Made by a program: the position numbers and the translations under genes. From Malacoraja senta (taxonomy: Eukaryota), in NCBI GenBank assembly GCA_038087875.1, contig CM075990.1:16866001-16930000 (forward strand): a DNA stretch of 64,000 nt, written 5' to 3'. Shown here one piece after another: positions 38,985-52,235 of this stretch. Position 1 is the first letter of the stretch, and each line of letters begins with the position of its first letter. The notes under the pieces were generated by a model. That model made no database searches, had not been told where the DNA came from, and saw only the letters and a program-made list of their open reading frames with translations.

Positions 38985-39148
38985 TCTTCTTATGGAGTCC
39001 ACACACAAGATTACAAGTTGTTCAGCCAGAGCTGATCACACTTCTCGGCATCTGCATACAATGGTGTCTGTCTTGTCGCTTCTTGTGCTTGGTGGTGGGA
39101 GGAATGGTGGAAATAGGGCCGCGACGTGAACGCTCTTTCCTTGACCCC
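38985..39148 (-). mobile_element. About 164-bp short retroposon headed by a degenerate HDV-like ribozyme
   Basis: Minus strand starts GGGGUC AA GGAAAGA GCG UUCACGU CGC GGCCCU and ends in an AAGAAGA tail. GTTCAT direct repeat at 38979-38984 and 39150-39155. Confidence 0.65.
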
Positions 39149-41457
39149 TGTTCATAGGTGATAGAGCAGAATTAGGCCATTCGGCCCATCAAGTCTACTC
39201 CGCCATTCAATCATGGCTGATCTATCTTTCCCTCTCAATCCCATTCTCCTGTCTTCTCCCGATAACCCCAGACACCTGTACTAATCAAGAATCTATCTAT
39301 CTCTGCCTTAAATATATCAATTGACTTGGCCTCCACAGCCTTCTGTGGCAATGAATTCCACAGATTCACCACCCACTGATTAAAGAAATTCCTCCTCATC
39401 TCCATCTCCTTCTTAAAGGTAAGTCCTTTTATTCTGAGGCTGTGGCCTCTGGATCTAGACTCTCCCACTGGTGCAAACATCCACTCTATCCACTATAGTC
39501 TGTTGGTTTACACAAAGGTGCTGGTCAATGTATCATTAAAAGATTGGCATAACTGGAGATAGAAACTGAGAATAGGGTGGGACACAAATAGCAAACCTAC
39601 ACATTCTGTGAGGTGTTTAGCTTTTCAATAGGATTTTTCTTTCCACTGTCACCTCAATCGATCCAAGTGCCTGAACCTCATATCTTTCAACTTGTCCAAG
39701 TCACCCCGTTCTGATTTTGAAACATATCAGCTACCATTAAAATGTGGACACCAGGAATTGCAGATGCTGGAATCTTGCATCTGCAATTCCTTTTGCTGCC
39801 TCACTGCGAATGCAGCACCGGAGACCCGGGTTTGTTCCCGACTACGGGTGCAGTCGTGCAGTTTGTACGTTCTCCCCGTGACCTGCGTGGGTTTTCTCCG
39901 ATATCTTCGGTTTCCTCCCACACCCCAAAGACGTACAGGTTCGTAGGATAATCGGTTTGGTAAATGTAAACATTATCCCTAGTGGGTGTAGGATAGTGTT
40001 AGTGTGTGTTGGTCGGCACGGACCCGGTGGGCCGAAGGGCCTGTTTCCCCGCTGTACCTCTAAACTATACTAAACTAAACTAAAGTACTTGTAAAAAACA
40101 ATCTACTGGAGGACCCCGAGCATCATATGTGGAGGGAAGAGGTAGGTTGGGACTCATCATCTGACCAGTCCAGATGAAGGTTTCCAACACGAAAGGCCAA
40201 CGGCCCATTTCCCTATACTGGTTCATCCTCAGACAGATTCTTGCTCTAGATCCCAGCATCTACATTCTCTTGCGTTCCAATTCACAGTTACATTTCCCAT
40301 TCACTTTGCCAATTTTCTGTCTGCTGCCCCGTTCATTCCGTGGGCTTCGACCTCAAAGAAACTTTTCACGATTATTTTGGCCAGAGACAAAAAACAAAAC
40401 ACTAAAAGCCATTTGACTGATATATTTGACAGGGTTTAGAGGAAGGTGGGACTAGTATAGATAGGGCATCATGGTCAGCAGGGGCAAGTTGGGCCGAAGA
40501 GCCTGTATCTGTTCTGTATGAGTTCCTTGTTTGGGCACACAAGGAACTGCAAGTGCAGTGCTCCAGGAACTCAGCGGGGATGGCAGCATCCGTGGAGCGA
40601 ATGGATAGATGACGTTTCAGGTCAGGACCCTTCTTCAGAACCGATTCCATTTTGTGAGGGGTTTATGAACAAGTCGACGTGCAGTGAAGCATAGAAAGCC
40701 AGAACAGGTCATAAATTCATGTTCTAGGAGCAGAATTAGGCCATTCAGCCCATCAAATCTACTCTGCCATTCAATCATAGCTAATCTATCTCTCCCTCCT
40801 AACCCCATTCTCCTGCCTTCTCACCATAACCCCTGACACCCGTACTAATCAAGAATTTGTCAATCTCCGCTTTAAAAATATCCATTAACGTGGTCCCCAC
40901 AGCCGTCAGTGGCAATGAATCCCACAGATTCACCCCCTCTGACTAAAGAAATTCCTCATCAGTATTTCCATGTGAGATTTGGGTGTAACGGTAATGTCTG
41001 AGAGAACATAGAGGTCTAATATATAAACACGAATGATTGAAAGTCAATGCAATTTACTTTTAAACAGATTCCATCAACCGGTTAATGTACAATCTTTGGA
41101 TCATTGATGAAAGTGCAGTCTAAGCATCTCTTCCTACTTTATGAGACGTGTCCATTAACAGAAGCTTTACGGACTTGGGTTTAACATTTCCATTAGGAAA
41201 GAGTAAGAAAAATGAGCTTGGGACCGTAATTGAGAGAAATTAAAGCAGCATGACGTCTGTCGACAATAATACATCAATAACTTGCCAGCTTTACTTACAA
41301 TCATAAAAATTCAATTTAAGGCTGATTCATCTTTGCTCCAATCAATCTTCAAATGATTCAATCTGCAAAATACATTCTACATGCAGAATCTGTCCCAATG
41401 ATTTGGGTTTCTGTTCGAGGCAGTCGTGAGTTGATCTGGAAATTTATCTTACGTTTA

Positions 41458-42896
41458 CAGTGGCTTGCAAAAGTATTCGTACCCCTGGAACTTTTCCACA
41501 TTTTGTCACGTTACAACCACAAACGTAAATGTATTTTATTGGGATTTTATGTGATAGACCAACACAAAGTGGCGCATAATTGTGAAGTGGAAGGAAAATG
41601 ATACATGGGTTTCAAATTTGTTTACAAATAAAGAACTGAAAAGTGTGGCGTGCAAAAGTATTCAGCCCCCTTTACTCTGATACCCCTAAATAAAATCCAG
41701 TGCAACCAATTGCCTTCAGAAATCACCTAATTAGTAATTAGAGTCCACTTGTGTGTAATCTAATCTCAGTATAAATCCATCATCCGAAAATGGAAAGAGT
41801 ATGGCACAACTGCAAACCTACCAAGACATGGCCGTCTACCTAAACTGACAGGCCGGGCAAGGAGAGCATTGATCAGAGAAGCAGCCAAGAGGCCCATGGT
41901 AACTCTGGAGGAGCTGCAGAGATCCACAGTTCAGGTGGGAGAATCTGTCCACAGGACAACTATTAGTCGTGCACTCCACAAATCGGGCCTTTATGGAAGA
42001 GTGGCAAGAAGAAAGCCATTGTTGAAAAAAAGCCATAAGAAGTCCCGTTTGCAGTTTGCCACAAGCCATGTGGGGGACACAGCAAACATGTGGAGGAAGG
42101 TGCTCTGGTCAGATGAGACCCAAATTGAAGTTTTTGGCCTAAATGCAAAACGCTATGTGTGGCGGAAAACTAACACTGCATATCACCCTGAACACACCAT
42201 CCCCACTGTGAAACATGGTGGTGGCAGCATCATGCTGTGGGGATGCTTTTCTTCAGCAGGGACAGGGAAGCTGGTCAGAGTTGATGGGAAGATGGATGGA
42301 GCCAAATACAGGGCAATCCTGGAAGAAAACCTGTTAGAGTCTGCAAAAGACTTGAGACTGGGGCGGAGGTTCACCTTCCAGCAGGACAACGACCCTAAAC
42401 ATACAGCCAGAGCTACAATGGAATGGTTTAGATCAAAGCATATTCATGTGTTAGAATGGCCCAGTCAAAGTCCAGACCTAAATCCAATTGAGAATCTCTG
42501 GCAAGACTTGAAAATTGCTGTTCACAGACGCTCTCCATCCAATCTGACTGAGCTTGAGCTATTTTGCAAAGAAGAATGGGCAAAAAAGTCAGTCTCTAGA
42601 TGTGCAAAGCTGGTAGAGACATACCCCAAAAGACTTGCAGCTGTAATTGCAGCGAAAGGTGGTTCTACAAAGTATTGACTCAGGGGGGCTGAATACTTTT
42701 GCACGCCACACTTTTCAGTTTTTTATTTGTAAAAAAATTTGAAAACCATGTATCATTTTCCTTCCACTTCACAATTATGCACCACTTTGTGTTGGTCTAT
42801 CACATAAAATCCCAATAAAATACATTTACGTTTGTGGTTGTAACGTGACAAAATGTGGAAAGGTTCAAGGGGTATGAAAACTTTTGCAAGCCACTG
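41458..42896 (+). mobile_element. Tc1-family DNA transposon (IR/DR type) with internal 5' deletion
   Basis: TA on both flanks; inverted repeats of about 210 bp starting CAGTGGCTTGCAAAAG; transposase ORF inside. Confidence 0.95.
41774..42678 (+). pseudogene. Tc1 transposase (DD34E), N-terminus missing
   Basis: WSDET, QQDNDPKH and SPDLNPIEN with 34 residues between the second D and the E. The frame is open from about 41774 (KSIIRKWKEYG) but lacks an ATG and the start of the paired domain. Confidence 0.85.
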
Positions 42897-43129
42897 TATA
42901 TATCGTCTTAAAACATCGCGAAGGGTCGCAAGTTTCTGGCTTCACAGAAACAAAAGATAGCACCAACTGCATGACTTTGGTGAGTTCAGTTTCCTGTCAC
43001 GTATACCGAGGTACAGTGAAAAGCTTTTTACGCATGCTAACCAGTCAATGGAAGGACAATACTTGATTACAAACGAGCCATTCACTGAGTACAGATACGT
43101 GATAAAGGGAATTTCGTTGAATCAAAGAT

Positions 43130-43590
43130 AGACAATAGACAATAGGTGCAGGAGTAGGCCATTCGGCTCTTCGAGCCAGCACCGCCATTCAATGTGATCA
43201 TGGCTGATCATCCCCAATCAGTACCCCGTTCCTGCTTTCTCTCCATATCCCCTGACTCCGCTATTTTTAAGAGCCCTATCTAGCTCTCTCTAGAAAGCAT
43301 CCAGAGAACCTGCCTCCACCGCCCTCTGAGGCAGAGAATTCCACAGACTCACCACTCTCTGTGAGAAAAAGTGTTTCCTCATCTCCGTTCTAAATGGCTT
43401 ACTCCTTATGCTTAAACTGTGGCCCCTGGTTCTGGACTCCCCCAACATCGGGAACATGTTTCCTGCCTCTAGCGTGTCCAAACCCTTAACAATCTTATAT
43501 GTTTCAATGAGATCTTCTCTCATCCTTCTAAACTACAGAGTGTACAAGCCCAGCTGCTCCATTCTCTCAGCATATGACAGTCCCGCCATA
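43130..43590 (-). mobile_element. CR1-like 3' fragment
   Basis: ORF 43290-43523; caataga tail repeats. Further copies at about 1684-1935, 8619-8925, 18620-18952, 39150-39495, 46039-46330, 52487-52722, 53858-54152 and 55955-56165. Confidence 0.85.
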
Positions 43591-46500
43591 GTCCGAGGGT
43601 CTCCAATGAGGTAAATAGTTGTTCATGTCAACTCTTGAATTGTTGGTAGGATGGTTTACTTACCTGAAAACAGCTGGGAAGAAACTGCCCCTGAATTTGG
43701 AGGTGTGCGTTTCCACAATTCTGTACCTTTTGTCTGATGTCAGAGAGGACTGGCCAGCCTGCGACTCATCGTTGATTATGCTGCTGGCCTTGCCGAGGCA
43801 GCGTGAAGTGTAGATGGAGTCAATGGAAGGGAGGTTGGTTTGTGTGATGGTCGGGCTGCATCCACAATTCGCTGCAGATAAAAGATATGAAACGTAACCA
43901 CAAACATAGACCACAGACTGGCTTCAAAGGAGCATCTTTGAGAGGAGAGGGAAGTTTTTGGGGATGGAATTCCAAAGTTTCAGCTTGAAGCTTGACTGTC
44001 AGTGGTCAGAAGATTACAATCATCAGTGTCAACTGGACCAGCAAGGGGGGGAAGCAGAGATCTCAGAGGCTTTGGTGGTTGGCAGAGAAACACAGAGATA
44101 GGGAGAGACTGAGGCAAGGATGATTTGAAGGTAAGGATGATTTTTTTTAAAGTGCGGTTTGGAAGCCAAATGGGACACCTGAATGGCAAACGATTGCATT
44201 GAACAACCTCACACATTAAGAAGCATTGAGATGGAGAAGGGCTTTAGGTCATCTCCAACACCTCTCCGCTGAAGTGCAGATGATCAGAAGGATTGAGAAA
44301 ACCAGTACAGCTCCAGTCCAGAATGCGTTTTCACACTTCTGTACCTCTTGCTCGAAGGGAGAGGGGAGAAGAGGGAGTGACCGCGGTGAGACTGGCCCAT
44401 GATGATGCTGCTGGTCCTGCCGAGGCAGCGTGAGGTGTAGATGGAGTCAATGGAAGGGAGCTTGGTTTGGGCTGCGGCCACAATTTCTGGCGGTCTTGGA
44501 TGGAGCTGTTCCCAAACCATGCTCTTGAAAATAACATATAATTGCAGTCATTTTCATATCCAGAATACAACTCAGTAGGACTATTATTAAACTCTTGAAA
44601 TGAGATTGAATCCAAAGGTGAATCTTAAAGGCTTATTCCCTGTGTCAATATTAATTAAGGGGGATATAAGGAGAATTCATTGCAGGTGCATAATATTTCA
44701 TGATTATCTATATCACTTTCTTCTTGAGCCATCCTTATTCAATTTACAAGCAAGGAGTGATAATTTATTAAACATCCAATTGCAATCCTTTACTACCATT
44801 AATACAATGTAATTATAGATTCAACAGGGCAGGTTTGCAATAGAAAACATACCGGGCGCTAACTGAGTCGTGTTAGTGTTTTCGATGACACGTAATACTG
44901 AAACTAATGAACTGCGGAGCAAGTGTGATTGCAATCCAGGCAGTTGAAAGCTCTGCAATTATTCTCACAGTCGGGACATGTCATGCCTTCCCTTGGAGGC
45001 TATTTCATTTTTATTGCTCTTTCTCCAGGAAGTATATTTATTGCACTTACCGCCATTTTGTAGACTGATTTTGCGCACTGCTTTTGAAGTATGAAAGGGA
45101 ATTCCTCGACACATCGTGAAAAACTGAACACAATGATTCTTTCCTCAAGTGTTGTACAGCCCATACCTCTTCCCAGTAAGCACCAGGCTTGAACACAACA
45201 CAGCACTATCTTCAACAACCGTGACCTTCAATAGACCATTGAACATAGAACATCGTACAGCACAAGAAAAGGCCCTTTGCCCACAAAGTCTGAGCCAGAC
45301 ATGATGCCAAGGTACACTAATTTCCTCTGCCTACCCCCATATAACCCCCCTCCATTCCCTGCATATGTATGTGGCTCCATAAATGCATCTTAAACACCAC
45401 TATCCTATCTGCCTCCACCACCACCCCTGACAGCGAAATCTAGACATCAAATATGAGATGGCCCCTTGTTAGGGAGACTACACATGTAGGAACACAAACC
45501 ATCTTGATGGGATCAGTTCGGGTGGCATGGTGATTCATTTACACGTCTGAGCATTTTGTTCCAAAGAATGTTGAGAAAATGCAACAATAAGCCACAGGTA
45601 TTGCAACAAGGAGCAGAAAGAGATGCCGGAGTGAAACATAGAATGGGGTTTGGAGACACAAGCAACTGCAGATGCTGGAACAAAGTGCTGGAGGAACTCG
45701 GTGGGTCAGTCGGCATCTGTGCAGGGAAAGGATGGTCATCGTTTGGGTTGGACTGATGGAGTTGGTGGGAAGGAAGCCGGGAAAGAGAGGCAGGGCAGAA
45801 CAATACCTGGCGAGTAATCGACAGATACAGGTGAGGAGGGAGGAGATGAATGGCAGATGGCTGGAGTAAGTGACATAGGTTGGAGCTGAAAAATACAAAA
45901 GGGTTTGGCATGCCTTCATGCTCTTGGTACTTTCTCCTCTTTTTACCCCTCTATCTTGGCACCAAGGCAAATTCCTTGTATGTGAGTACTTGGCCAATAA
46001 ACTTATTCATTCATTCATTCATGTGCCCACCACCCTTTAAGAATAAGGAGTAAGCCATTTGGAACGGAGACGAGGAAACACTTTTTCACACAGAGAGTTA
46101 GTTGTGAGTCTGTGGAATTCTCTGCCTCAGAGGGCGGTGGAGGCCGGTTCTCTGGATGCTTTCAAGAGAGAGCTAGATAGGGCTCTTAAAAATAGCAGAG
46201 TCAGGGGATATGGGGAGAAGGCAGGAACGGGGTACTGATTGGGGATGATCAGCCATGATCACATTGAATGGCGGTGCTGGCTCGAAGGGCCAAATGGCCT
46301 ACTCCTGCACCTATTGTCTATTGTCTATTGTCACCCTCTGAGTGAAAGGTTCAAATCAAATCTTGTCCCTCGCACCTTAAATATATGTCGCCTTGTCTTT
46401 GATTCACCTGTCTTGGGTAAAAGACTCAGTGCATTCACCCTATCTATTCCCCTCATGATTTTATACACCTCTATAAGATCAGCCCTCATCCTCCTGCGCT

Positions 46501-48717
46501 CCAAGGTATAGAGTCCTACCTGCTCAAACTCCAGTTCAAGCCCTCAAGTCCTGGCAACATCCTCGTAAATCTACTCTGAACTCTTTGCATCTGAACAACA
46601 TCCTTGTGACCAAAACTGCAGGAAGGAACTGCAGATGCTGCTTTAAATCGACAGTAGACACAAAATGCTGAAGTAACTCGGCGGCACAGGCAGCATCTCT
46701 GGGGAGAAGGAAGGGGTGACGCTTCGGGTCGAGTCCAAAGAAGGATCTTGACCTGAAACATCACCCATTCCTTCTCCCCAGAGATGTTGCCTGCCCCGCT
46801 GAGTTACTCCAGCATTTTGTGTCTCTGTGACTACTGTACATAGTCAGTGTTCTATGTGAACTGACGGATGTTACAGAATTGAAACCGGTTCTGATTGAAG
46901 CGGACTGTTCACGTTAATTTCATCAAAGGTTTTTATAGATTCCCAATAATGGAATCATTTGAAAGATGCATACACAAGGTAGAAGGTGAACGATTAGTGT
47001 GATGGCCCTTGTGGCCTGGTGCAACAATGCCCACCTATCACAGAAGTATATTGAATTAGGCCAAAGAGCTTATAATGTATTTGTAAGCAAAAAATGCACT
47101 CTGCAACAATGACATTCACTCTCCTGGGAGCTTTTAACAAGATTATACATTCCAAGCAAATAACTGGGGATAGCTTAAGTATATTTCAATCAAACTGAAT
47201 TGAAAAGTATGATTGAAAATATTGAGGTCAAGTGACCAGGTCTTTTATGATATTTGTGATCCATATAGATATTTATTAATTTCCTTTCTCCCCAACATCT
47301 CATTTTTAATCCATTTCATTCCCCTGGTTTTTGCAAGTCTGAAGAAGGGTCTCGACCCGAAACCTCGTCTCCTCCTTCTCTCCATAGATGCTGCCTCGCC
47401 CGCTGAGATTCTCCAGTTTTTGCCTACTTTAACATTCTGCATTTATGTAAGGCCTTTAATATAGTGAATTGCCCCGAGCATACTTCAAAATAAGGAAATT
47501 AAATCTCAAGATCATGAGGAAAAATAACAAACTCTTCACTGGTGATAGACACAAAAAGCTGGAGTAATTCAGCGGGACAGGCAGCATCTCTGGAGAAAAG
47601 GAATGGGTGATGTTTCGGGTTTGAGACCCAACTTCAGACAGAGAGTCAGGGGAAAGGGAAATGAGAGATATAGATGGTGATGTAGAGAGATATCGAACAA
47701 ATGATATGCACTTGGAAAAGGTTGCCAACGTCTTGGTCAAAGAGGCATCATTTAACGAGGAGAGCCAAGTGGCTAGGTTAAGTGGGGAGAAGTATATCAG
47801 AACTTAGAGTCGATGGTGTTGTGAAGGCACAATTAAAATGACAGTTGCCCGAGAAGCCAAAGCGATAATATTGTGGTTTCCTCCAATACTGTCTCTATAT
47901 CATATATCACCGCTCTTTCCTGTTCCCCTGCCCCAGTGGAAACCCATTTCCCCCACTATCTCCCACCCAATCAGTACTCCTGCATTCCCCATTCCTCTAA
48001 CACTCATCTCCCATCCCTGGGATCCTCATTTCCCTATCATTCCCCCTTCTCCTCCTCCACAGATGTCCTCTCCTCTGGCTTTACATTTAATACCTGCTCT
48101 TCTCTCCGTGAGCCTATGAACCTATCTGACCCCCTTTTCATGTCCAGCCTTTGTCACTTACTCCACCCATCTGCTAATCCTTCCCCCCCCCCCCCCCCCG
48201 TCACCTGTATCCACCTATCACTTGCCAGACTTTGTCCAGCCCTGGCCTCTCTCTTCCACCTTACTCCCAACTACTCCAATCAGTCTTGTCTGTCCACTCC
48301 CTCCACAGATGCTGCCTGACCCACTGAGTTCCTCCAACACTTTGTGGTTTGCTACAGATTCCAACATCTGAAGTTCCTTGTGTCTTCATATGAGTCCTGT
48401 ATTATATTAGTTTGTGAAATATTTTGTGACATTCTCAGGATATGAACGATGTTTTGAAAAAATATAAATCAATTTTTTTACTGAGCGCCACACCTCACTA
48501 AAAATAAAAATGTTTTACACAAGATTGCAATTTAATCAGCGATATCATCAAACTGATTGCTGCATTAAATAATATTTTTATTTATGGGATTTGGGAAAAA
48601 TATACCAACTGCAATAACTGATCTGGAAGAGTTTCTTCCAGAGGATTAACATGGATTCTGAAGTAGAGTGGTCTTCTGATTCAATGTTGAATTTAGTTCT
48701 GGAGAGATAGAATGGGC

Positions 48718-48745
48718 GACGTTTCGGGTCGAGACCCTTCTTCAG
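48718..48745 (-). ncRNA. Minimal hammerhead core (GUC variant); identical copy at 59516-59543
   Basis: Minus strand reads CTGAAGAAGGGTCTCGACCCGAAACGTC. Confidence 0.6.
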
Positions 48746-50254
48746 ACTGGAATGCCTCAGTAAGGAGGAGCGATAAGGATGGCAAGGTCAGGGAATCTTG
48801 GATGACCAGAGAAATTATACGTCTGGTCAAAAAATGGAAAGTTTACATGTGTAAGGTTTCAGAAAGGAAATCTTACACCCGAAGGAATGGGTATCCTCTC
48901 GGGTCGAGACCCTTCTTCAGACACGAAGGGTCTCGACCCGAAACTTCGCCCATTCCTTCTCTCCAGAGATGCTGCCTGTCCCGCTGAGTTGCTCCAGCTT
49001 TTTGTGCCTATCTTCGGTTTAAACCAGCATCTGCAGTTCCTTCTTACGCATAGAATCAGAAGAGTTGTAGAATCACACAAATCAGGGAGATTGAGCCCAT
49101 CTCTTCCATGGACACTGGATAGTTGTCCATTGGTTTAATGTTCGCTCTTGTGCTCGTACGTCACGTACTCCATCCAACCCTCTGTCCATCTTTTCCCCTG
49201 GACTAATCCTGCTCTTCCTTGTCCAAAGGACAATTCTCTTGGCCGTGATGAATGCAAGTACAAGTACAATGTCCCAGCAAATGATCCCTTGGGTCAAGTG
49301 GAATTCTAAGCATCATAAAGGATGCAACAACGTGATGTTAATTGTATTCATGTCGCTGTGATCCACAAAGCAGATCACTGTACACATTTTCCAATTAGAC
49401 ATGTGCCCTAGGAGATGTAATCCCAAAGGAACATAGGATTACAGACTACTAACAAGAGGCAGATCAGGACAGCAACACGGTACTTTTGCTCACAGAGTGC
49501 TCTATTGAATGATGGCCCTCAGCTTCGAGAACCCAAGAGTAAGAGATTTCTCATTTGTTACTTAGATAGACACAAAAAGCTGGAGTAACTCAGCGGGAGA
49601 GAAGGAACGGGCGGCATTTCGGGTCGAGACCTTTCTTCAGACTGTCTGGACCTTCATGCATATTGGCTACAACATTTGTAGTTTGCCCCTCACTCTTTTC
49701 AAAAATGTAGTTCATTCATGAAAAATATGTCAACATTCTGTATGTTCTGCAGGACAAAGGGTCCTGACCCGAAACATCAGTGTGAACGAAACGTCCGCTA
49801 TTAAAGATAGCGGAGTCAGGGGATATGGGGAGAAGGCAGGAACGAGGTACTGATTGGGGATGATCAGCCATGATCACATTGAATGGCGGTGCTGGCTCGA
49901 AGGGCCGAATGGCCTGCTCCTGCACCTATTGTCTATTGTCTATTGTCATCATCCTTTTTCTCCAGAGATGCTACCTGACCCACTGAGTTACTCCAGCACT
50001 TTGTGTCTATCTTTGGTAGAAGCCAGCATCTGTAGTTCCTTTCTGCACAGAACATTCAGATGTATTTTAAGCTTTAAGCATGGAAACAGCCCCTTCGGCC
50101 CACCAACCATTGTCCACTCCGACCATTGCTCTCCTGTTCACACTAGTTCTATGTTATCCCACCTTCCCCACACACTGGGCAAGCTGATGTACATGGAAGG
50201 TCAACACAGAATGCTGGAGAAACTCAGCGGGTGAAGCAGCATATATGGAGCAAG

Positions 50255-50680
50255 CTCATATAACATAACATCCATAGTTCCCCGATTCTGGTACAGAATC
50301 AACTTCAAGCTCCTCAAATTCGTATACAAAGCCCTTAGCGGGCTTGTCCCTCCCCCCTACTGACTATCCCGCGGTCTAGGTTTAAGCTCAGGGGTGACCG
50401 TGCATTTGCGGTTGCAGCACCTAGACTGTGGAACAGCATTCCTCTCCTCATCAGAACTGCCCCCTCCATCGACTCCTTTAAGTCGAGGCTCAAAACCTAT
50501 TTCTACTCTCAAGCGTTTTTGAGCCACTCTGAGGGGGCGCTGTAAACAGTTTATATACGTATATTTAGGTCTGTCTACCATTGTATGTAGCACATTAGTA
50601 CCTGCACTGAAGTGAAGCATTTTGGTCAACGTGAGTTGTTTTTAATGTGCTATAGAAATAAAATGGATTGATTGATTGAT
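50255..50680 (+). mobile_element. L2-like LINE 3' fragment
   Basis: RINFKLLKFVYKAL...AFAVAAPRLWNSIP...FKSRLKTYFY; ends in AATAAA and (ATTG)n. Confidence 0.75.
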
Positions 50681-51004
50681 AGTAGTGTTGGGCTGAGGTT
50701 GGGGTGTGCAGGATGGTTCAGGAGCCTGATGTCCAAGTCTGACGCCATGTTTGGGCCAAGCTGTAGAGTCATAGGGTGATATACAGTGTGGAAACAGGCC
50801 CTTCGGCCCAACTTGCCCATACTGGCCAACATGTCCCAGCTACACTCATTCCACCTGCCAGGGCTTGGCTCATAGAATGACAGAATGGGGATTTCCTTCG
50901 CTTCCATCGTGAATCAGATGGAGTGATTTTTACAAGAGTTTGGTAGTTTAATTACATTAACAGCACGAGTTTTGCATGACAATATTATGTGTTTTGGTTG
51001 CTTT

Positions 51005-51343
51005 GTTGGGGAAGTCCAGGACAAGGGGTCACAGCTTAAGGATAAGGGGGAAATCCTTTAAGACCGAGATGAGGAAAAACTTTTTCACACAGAGAGTGGT
51101 GAATCTCTGGAACTCTCTGCCACAGAGGGTAGTTGAGGCCAGTTCATTGGCTATATTTAAGAGGGAGTTAGATGTGGCCCTTGTGGCTAAAGGGATCAGG
51201 GGGTATGGAGAGAAGGCAGGTACGGGATACTGAGTTGGATGATCAGCCATGATCATATTGAATGGCGGTGCAGGCTCGAAGGGCCGAATGGCCTACTCCT
51301 GCACCTATTTTCTATGTATCTATGTATCTATGTATCTATGTAT
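51005..51343 (+). mobile_element. CR1-like 3' fragment with (TCTATGTA)n tail
   Basis: Nearly identical to about 24560-24883. Confidence 0.9.
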
Positions 51344-51734
51344 TAGAATGTGATCATTTGTCCTGGTGCCCTGGATCAATCAATGCCACGCATGGTGAGG
51401 TTGCTACTCTCATTCCTTGAACAATTGGTTTAGCATAGCACTGCCATTAATATATTTCAAGTTCCACTTCCACCTCTGGCTCCTCACTTTGACAATAATA
51501 AGTTTACCAAAGTAATCACTCGGCTCAAACCATTTCAAATTTTCTATTACGAAGAAAGTCAAAGATAAATAATGACAGATCATTACTCATGGAAAATATC
51601 TTCTCAACCTTCGCTAGCCGCTGACTCGTGATGGTAGCGAGGGCGCTGTGGTTCCATCATGCCTTTCCCTTCATTTCAAGACATCGCTGACTGTCTTACA
51701 CGTCACGTGTGAGGAGGAATGATGAAGGATGAGG

Positions 51735-52235
51735 ACTGTGTCGACGGGACCCAGCTGGAGAGAGTGAAAGATTCAAATTACTGGGCGTGCATATTTCCAA
51801 AGATCTTTCCTGGACCCAGCACACTGATGCAATTATAAATACAGCCTCTACTCCCAGAGTAGATTACGGAGATTCGGTACGTCAAAGAGGATTCTCTCGA
51901 ACTTCTACAGATGCACAGTAGAGAGCATAGTGACCGGTTGCATCGTGGCCTGGTTCGGCAACTTGAACGTCCAGGAGCGGAAAAGACTGCAAAAAGTTGT
52001 GACCACTGCCCAGTCCATCACCGGCTCTGACCTCCCCACCATCGAAGGGATGTATCGTAGTCGCTGCCTCAAAAAGGCAGCCAGCATCATCAGAGACCCA
52101 CACCATCCTGGCCACACACTCATCTCACCCCTGCCATCGGGAGAGGGTACAGCAGCCTGAAAACTGTAACGTCCAGGTTCAGGAACAGCTTCTTCCCTAC
52201 AGCCATTAGACACTACAACCTCCAAATAAGCTCTG
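51735..52235 (+). mobile_element. Rex1/Babar-like LINE fragment
   Basis: FYRCTVESIVTGCIVAWFGNL...SRCLKKAASIIRDPHHPGH; related minus-strand pieces at about 11760-12175, 43600-43875 and 44325-44525. Confidence 0.75.
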
